Shown here in pieces: positions 57,620-64,000 of a stretch of DNA of 64,000 nt; position 1 is the stretch's first letter, and every line of letters begins with the position of its first letter. This DNA is from Blastocladiella emersonii ATCC 22665 (lineage: Eukaryota; Fungi; Blastocladiomycota). Made by a program: the position numbers and the translations under genes. The notes under the pieces were generated by a model that saw nothing but the letters and a program-made list of their open reading frames with translations, did not search any database and was not told where the DNA came from. The stretch covers positions 2,232,001 through 2,296,000 of the forward strand of contig JANHCV010000003.1 in NCBI GenBank assembly GCA_025594325.1, read 5' to 3'.

Positions 57620-60600
57620 AGAACTCAACCTTCCTCATCTCGCTCCTCTCCTCCTCACGCTCGACTCGCCCGGATCATGCTGACATGCTCGTGGCCGCCG
57701 TGACGGATCGACCTACTCGCCTGGCCATGCTCGGCGACAAGCTCGGCGACATCACGTTCTCGCGCGCCTGATCCACGACGGCCGCAGCTCGAGATTCGCG
57801 CAGTTCACGGCAACCTAGAGCTTCGGGTTCGGCCCTCGTACGACCTGATCTCTGGGCATGCGGCTGGCCGCGCACTCACTCTTCTGCCTCGTGTAGTCGC
57901 AGCACTACCACTGCGCCACCGCGGCCTCGTGTGCGCGCGCAACCTGTTCTCGTACGCTTCCACGTCGTCGATCCAGTGGTGGCTCGGCCTCACCATCTCG
58001 TCGATTTCAAGTGGGCGCGGCGACATGCGCAGCGTCAACCAGTACCACCATCACCAAGGCCGACCAACTTTACCAACGACACGTGCAACCGCTGCTCAAG
58101 TGCGTGCGCGTTCGAGGCGCTCCTCGCCATCATCACGCCCGCGGTCGCCGCAACGGGTCGACGTGCGAGCTCGGCCAAAGTCGGCGCCGCCCCGCCGTGC
58201 TGTCGACGCGTCGCCAAACGCGCCATCGCGTCTTCTCGTGCCTGATCGGCGATGTCCGGGGCTCGATGATCGCGTGGATCGGTGGTCAAGGAGCTCAATT
58301 TCAGCCATCGTACGTTCTCATTTTGGCGTAGTTGACCGATCGCGTGTTCACCCTTTCGCTTCGTGTAGCCACCGCGCGACCGTTCGAGCCATGGTCACGA
58401 TTGTCGCCTTCCGCGCGCGACAAGTTCTCGTCGGGCTCCACCACACGCACCTCAAGCATCCGCGCGCAAGGAGCTCTTCGCCTTCTTCATGCACTCGTGC
58501 CGTCGACGCGTGGTCGAGTTCGCCATCGCGTCTTCTCGTACCTGATCTACGGCGTCCAGGACTCGGCGCTCGCGCACTTCACGGTGGCCAAAGAGCTCGA
58601 CTTCAGTCATCGTGCGTTCTGATCTTGGCGCAGTTGGCCAATCGCGTGATCACTGACCCCTTTGCCTTGTGTAGCCGCAACACGACCGGTACGACGCGAC
58701 GCGCGCGAAGTTCGCGCCCGCGTCGATCCAGTCGCTGGCTCAGTTTCACCATCTCGTCGGGTCGGGTCAGATTCCAGTAAGTGCCTCCCGCTGCGCGGCG
58801 CCTGCCACGGCCGCCATCATCAAGGCCGACCGAGTTCTCAACCCACCTACTCGCGCTCGACGAGCTCCTCGTCATCCTCGTGCTCGTGGCCGCCGTTGTG
58901 GACCGATCCACTCGCTCGGCCATGCTCGGCAGCATCGTGCCGTGCTGTCGGCGCGGCAGCCGGGTCGGGGCGTCTTCACGCTCATCGTGTCTTTTCGTAC
59001 CTAATTGCCGGCGTCCGGAGCTCGACACTCGTGTGGCTTCTGGTGGTCAAGGAGCTCGATTTCAGCAACCGTACGTTCTCATCTTGGCGCAGTTGGCCAA
59101 TCGCGTGTTCACTCACCCTTTTGCCTTGTGTAGCCGGCGCACGATCGGTATGACGCGCGCGAGTGCGACGTTCTCGTTCCGCGTCGATGACAGTCGCCGG
59201 CTCAGCCTCACCATCTCGTCGGGTCGGCTTCCAGTACGTGCCTCACCGCACGGCGCCTGCCACGACCGCCATCGCCAATGCCGACCGAGTCCTCGACCGC
59301 CACGCGCGCCATCGCGTCTCACCTACTCGCGCTCGACAAGCTCCTCCCCACCCACTTGCCCGTGACCACCGTTGCGGGTCGATCTACTCGCGCGACCATG
59401 CACTGCGCGACATCGCCGTGCCATCGACGCAGCAGCTGGGTCGCCACCACACTCTTGAACCTCATTGGCGGCAGACGCGGCTCAACGCTTTCGGCGCTCG
59501 GCGCTCGGCGCTCGGCGGTGATTGTCAAGGACTTTCACGGCATTTGTACGTTCCGCCGTCGCCGCGATCAGCCTGATCGCATGCTCACATCGCTGCCCTC
59601 GTGTAGTCGTCGCACCACCACAACACCATCATCAAGGCCTCGTGTGCGCGCGCGCAACTTCTACTCGCCCGCGCCCGCACTGATCAAGTGGCGGCGGTTC
59701 CTCCTCATCATCGCGTCGGGATCGAGGACCAGCTCGACGTCGCGCTCCCGCGCACCTGATCGACGGCAGCCGCAGCTCGAGAATCGCGCGTTTCATGGTA
59801 ACCAAGGGGGTAACGCTCCAGCGTTCGTATGTCCTGATCCGAGCGCGGTTGCCGATCGCGTTTGCCTCGTGTAGCCATCACAGAACGGGTGGAACCACAT
59901 CACGATCGTCGCCTTGCGCGCGCGACATGATCTCGTCGGCGTCCAAATTGATCCAGCGGCGGCTCGGCAGCTTCAACACCTCGTCGGGCTCTGGCGCACA
60001 TCGCAGACGCGACGCACATGGTCGCCGACCATTCTCGCGCCAGCTGGGCGTACATTCTCGGTACTTTGCAACGTGTGCTCCTGTAAACGAAAGCTCATAG
60101 CTGACCCGTGCATCGGGTAGTCGCCGCGCCCTATCAACTCCAAGTCCGGCCGAGCTCGGCGACGCCAGGCCATCAACACGGCGTGGGGCTGCACCATCAC
60201 CGCGGCGGCTGGCGGTTGGGACCGCCTTTACGCTCTCGCGCGCCTGATCGGCGACAGCAGCCGCGACTCGGGTTCTTTCGGCGGTCCATGGTGATCATCG
60301 AGGGGTTTCTCGGCACTCGTACGTTCTGCTGTCGCCGCGGTCGACCGATCGCGCGTTCACACAGTTGTTTTGCGTAGTTGCCACACACAACCAGTACCAC
60401 GAGATCATCATCGTGGCCTCGCGCGCGCGCAAGCTGTACTCGCTCGTCTGCGTCCAGGTCGATCCCGTCGCCGACGCGGATTCAACACCTCGTCGGGCTC
60501 CAACACGGGCATGTCGCTGTGCGACGTCAGTCACGACGGCCGACCGAGTTCTCAACAACCGCTTGTACACGCAGCTCAAGGAGGTCATCACCGACTTCAT

Positions 60601-60860
60601 GCCCGTGGCCGCCGTCACGGTTCAACCCACGCACCTGGCCGAGGTCAACAACACTCGACCACGATTGACATGGCGGCCAGCTCGCTATCAACGCGGCGGC
60701 CGGATCGCCTTCACGCTCACGCGCGCCTGATCGGCGGTAGTCGCGACTCGATTCTGTCAGCGCTCCACCGTGAGCACCAATGAGTCTTCGGCACTCGTAC
60801 GCCCTGCTCGCACTACGGTCAACTACCGATCGCGTGCTCACACCGCCGCTTCGTGTAGCT
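57620..60860 (+). repeat. Degenerate tandem array of ~470-bp exon+intron units (at least 8 homologous GT-AG introns); probable decayed repeat-protein gene or spliced ncRNA
   Basis: Homologous intron-like segments at 57838-57896, 58310-58368, 58612-58674, 59071-59133, 59546-59606, 59827-59874, 60319-60377 and 60797-60858, with homologous flanks. No continuous ORF found. Confidence 0.75.
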
Positions 60861-62574
60861 AATACAGCTTCGCTGTCCCGTCGGACTCTGGTACACGTCG
60901 CCAACTCGAGAGACCAACCACCACCAGCACTGCGGCCGACCAGGTCCTCAACGGCGCGACGTGTACTCGCGGCTCAAGTACCCGTGCTCGAGGCGGGCTG
61001 TCGGGTACCTCAGCTCGTCGACTACCTTGGGACTCGGTACAATTCATGTCCAACTCGCATCCCGAGTGCTACTCGCTGACTCTTTGCTTGCTCGTCTCCC
61101 GCTCAGACCCTCGTCGCCCATCTCGCTGCTACTACACCCAAGAACTTTAACCCTGCGCGCGCTCCGCGTCTCGACCATGTCTATCAACAACATCGAAACG
61201 CTGCTCGTCTCGGCCAACATTGCCGGTCTGATGGTACTCGTCGGTCTGCTCGCGCACCGAGCTCGGGCGTGCCCATCGCTGCCTCGTACGGCTCCTGCAT
61301 CACGGCCCGCTGCTTCCACCTCCACCATCTCCTTCGTGTTTCCCTCGCATCCCGCCCGGGAAGCCAACCCATTGTGTCAGCCTACCCGCGGCGTGCAAAG
61401 CGGGTGCATCCGAGGTGTGCCGCTCTTGCAGTCGGCTGCTGCCTCTTCACCCCTTGCGCGCACCCATCGTCCAGACTCTTGTCGCAATCCCAATTGCTCC
61501 CTCGTCCGCTGTCTCTCCGACTCGTCATCGTCTCCTGGATCGCGCCGCGAAGAGTCCTCGACGCACGTGCCGCATCACCCGTCCCGCGCAGTGACCTCGC
61601 CAAGCGAGTAGCCGGACCGCTGGTGCGGCCCCTCTGCGAGTATGGGACTCTTTCTGCTGGTCGTCTAGGGTCGGTGTCAACCTCGGGAGCAGGCTGGATG
61701 GAGCTGGGTTGTGGGTGGTTTCGACGCGCCAGGGGTGAGTGGGGTAGCGACCCTTGGTGCATCCCAAGTAGTACGTCGTGGCGGCGGTGTCGCAGCTCCC
61801 ATTAATCGGGACCCGTTCCTCATTCTGACCGCTTCCCCTCAACTTGACCCCCTCTCGTACAGCAGCGTGGGACGCGTGGAGCAGTCGGCGACCCGGTCCT
61901 CGGCCGGCCCGACCGGGGCGACGGCGGGGGCGGGCTCAACCGAGCGCGACGGCGCGTGGGACCGAGCCGCGGCGTCAGTTGGCCGTGATCTGTGTGCGCA
62001 TAAACTACATCCCGTTCACTGTCTCCATGCCCAATGTGCGCAGCTGGACTCGCGCGTGCTAAGCAATAGAGAGAGCTGCTTGCACCAAAGACTTGAAACA
62101 CGACGCGTCCGCGCCGGCCAGCAGCTGTGGCTGCGCCACCGCCACGGCGCTGAGCCACCGCCACTTCGACGCGCGTCACCGACTTTCCGCTTCCGCGGCT
62201 CGAACCCCGTGTTCCCTCCCGCTCGCGTTCCGCGTTCCTCTTTCAAAGGTCCTCGTTGACAGCGGCCGGTGCACCGGATTGCGGCCGAATCCGCAGCCGA
62301 CGCTGACCGCAGCCGCAGCGTTCCGCTGGAACTGCGGCGCACTGCGGCGCCGCCCCCGCGTCCGTGAACCGCACGCCGCGACGCCTCACCGCTACGTCTA
62401 TAATTCGGTAAAGAGCGAGGTGCAACGAGGCCCAGCGGCTCGCTGACACGCGGCGCCGACTCGTATAAGAACGGGCTGCTCCCCCGCCGCCTCAGACCGA
62501 GTTGACCATCAACACCTCCTCTTCCAGCGCCACCACACCCACACCCACTCCACCACCTCCACCACCTCTTCAAG

Positions 62575-63447
62575 ATGACCTTCGGCCCGATCTTCGTCCC
62601 GCCCGTCCAGTCGCAGTCGCAGTCGCAGTTCCAGAACCAGTGGGGCGGCAACGGCGCCCAGCATCAGTCCCAGTCGCAGTCGCAGACCCAGTTTGGCGGC
62701 AACGGCTCGCAGCCGCAGTCCCAGTCGCAGACCCAGAACCAGTTTGGCGACGGCGGCAACCAGTCGCAGTCGCAGTCGCAGTGGCAGTCGCAGTTCCAGG
62801 GCCACAACTCGGTCGACCCCGCGCAGCAGCAGTCCCAGTCGCAGTCGCAGACCCAGTGGGGCGACGGCGGCGCTCAGTCGCAGTCACAGTGGCAGACGCA
62901 GAACGGCGGCAACGGCGCCCAGAACCAGTCCCAGTCGCAGTCGCAGTTCGGCGACGGCGGTGCTCAGTCGCAGTCGCAGTGGCAGGCGCAGAACGGCGGC
63001 AACGGCGCGCAGAACCAGTCGCAGTCGCAGTCGCAGACCCAGTTCGGCGACCATGGCGCTCAGTCGCAGTCGCAGTGGCAGGGCCAGTGGGGCAGCAACA
63101 ACTCGGGCGACGCGGCGCAGCAGCAGTCGCAGTCGCAGTCGCAGACCCAGTGGGGCGACCACGGCGCCCAGTCGCAGGCCCAGTCGCAGTGGCAGCAGAA
63201 CCACGGCGGCGACGCGTTCCAGGCCCAGAACCAGTGGCAGCAGCAGGGCCAGTGGGGCAACCACAGCTCGACCGACGGCGACGGCGGCTCGCTCATTGCC
63301 AGCGGCGGCGACCCGGCGACCTGGGGCCCGTCGCCCGCGGACGGCGGCGGCAACGGCGACTTCCACCACCTGCTCCCGACCCCGCACCATGGCGACGTCG
63401 GCGGCGACGTCATGACGCTCCTGCCCGTCCACCACAACCTCATGTGA
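62575..63447 (+). CDS. Gln/Ser/Gly-rich repeat protein (290 aa), ~13 repeats of (Q-X)n-Q-[F/W]-G-[G/D]-[N/G/H]-G-A
   Basis: Intact ATG-to-TGA ORF in a good context (CAAGATG). Extreme codon bias (CAG, TCG, GGC) typical of the real genes here. Regular repeats such as QSQSQSQTQWGDGGA. Confidence 0.8.
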   Translation: MTFGPIFVPPVQSQSQSQFQNQWGGNGAQHQSQSQSQTQFGGNGSQPQSQSQTQNQFGDGGNQSQSQSQWQSQFQGHNSVDPAQQQSQSQSQTQWGDGGAQSQSQWQTQNGGNGAQNQSQSQSQFGDGGAQSQSQWQAQNGGNGAQNQSQSQSQTQFGDHGAQSQSQWQGQWGSNNSGDAAQQQSQSQSQTQWGDHGAQSQAQSQWQQNHGGDAFQAQNQWQQQGQWGNHSSTDGDGGSLIASGGDPATWGPSPADGGGNGDFHHLLPTPHHGDVGGDVMTLLPVHHNLM

Positions 63448-64000
63448 AGGCGGCATCGCGTCGCGACCCGGCCGTCACCCTCAAGCACATTCCCCAAGGT
63501 CCTGGATGCTCCGAACGCGAGGATCGACCGTGTAAATACTCTGTCATGTTACCCAGCAATCAATATCACATCTTTCGTTATATCACTTTCATGGTGTCGT
63601 GGGAGATGGGAGAGCGAGGACGCGTTGCGGCGGTCGCTCGCGCTTTGAGCTCCGCTTCTCCGCCACTCGTTGGCCGACCCGTCTACAACTCTCTCGAGTT
63701 TTACGATGGCACCTCATGCAACTTGTATATCTATGGCCTAGAAACCCGTCTTTGTAGTTGCCCGGACCGTTTCAGTGCCTCGACGCGAGTCGGGCCTCGA
63801 CAACGACGCGACGCACTGGATCCGCTTGCGTCCGTCGAGAACTGTTCCGCCGACTCTTGAGAAACTCCGGCTCATACCCGATAGTCTCGCCTTCTTCGGC
63901 CTATGCACTCATAATCAACGAACTCGGGCGCCCCTGGCTGGCAGCCGCACGTGGGCTCGACACATGGCCTCGTGGCACTTCGCACGGCTCTCGGTGCGAT

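Noticed and set aside
57620-60860. DEAD-box helicase or ABC-ATPase origin of the repeat units (ADRVLN, IIVASR resemble DEADRxL and TIIVAHR...NADRI)
   Set aside because: No Walker A, DEAD, SAT or LSGGQ motifs; the spacing does not fit; the resemblance is too short to support.
61178-61610. Small ORF MSINNIETLLVSANIAGLMVLVGLLAHR... with one hydrophobic helix
   Set aside because: Plausible small membrane protein, but the rest is low-complexity with weak codon bias; not supportable without expression data.

Overview
Eukaryotic, intron-containing, very GC-rich genomic DNA. The gene set suggests a zoosporic (flagellated) fungus, probably Blastocladiomycota-like: fungal-type Cdc24, Rgp1, a Mug70-like CBS-PB1 protein and heme-less cystathionine beta-synthase occur alongside the cilia-associated ARMC3. 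This taxonomic call is inference. Introns are short (~50-90 nt, GTRCGY...CTRAC...YAG). I reconstructed about 17 protein genes by hand; where I counted exon lengths they kept the frame, but the ARMC3 and RGP1 models are only partly resolved. Core genes with very high GC3: a Zn-finger protein, mitochondrial EF-G2, CBS, a histidine phosphatase, an orphan membrane protein, Ku80, ARMC3, Cdc24, a coiled-coil protein, Rgp1 and the CBS-PB1 protein. There is also one tRNA-Pro(UGG). Accessory stretches with visibly lower GC3 hold three tandem ~1000-aa DUF4470 (SAM-methyltransferase-like) genes, two F-box genes and decayed coding relics. The three most unusual items are: (1) the DUF4470 triplet; (2) a ~3.2 kb array of degenerate ~470-bp units, each keeping a homologous GT-AG intron although the exons are frameshifted; (3) a 290-aa protein made of ~13 curli-like (Q-X)n-aromatic-G-G repeats, a candidate functional amyloid. 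Most ORFs in the six-frame track are GC-rich shadow ORFs. All family assignments come from recalled motifs; no database searches were run.
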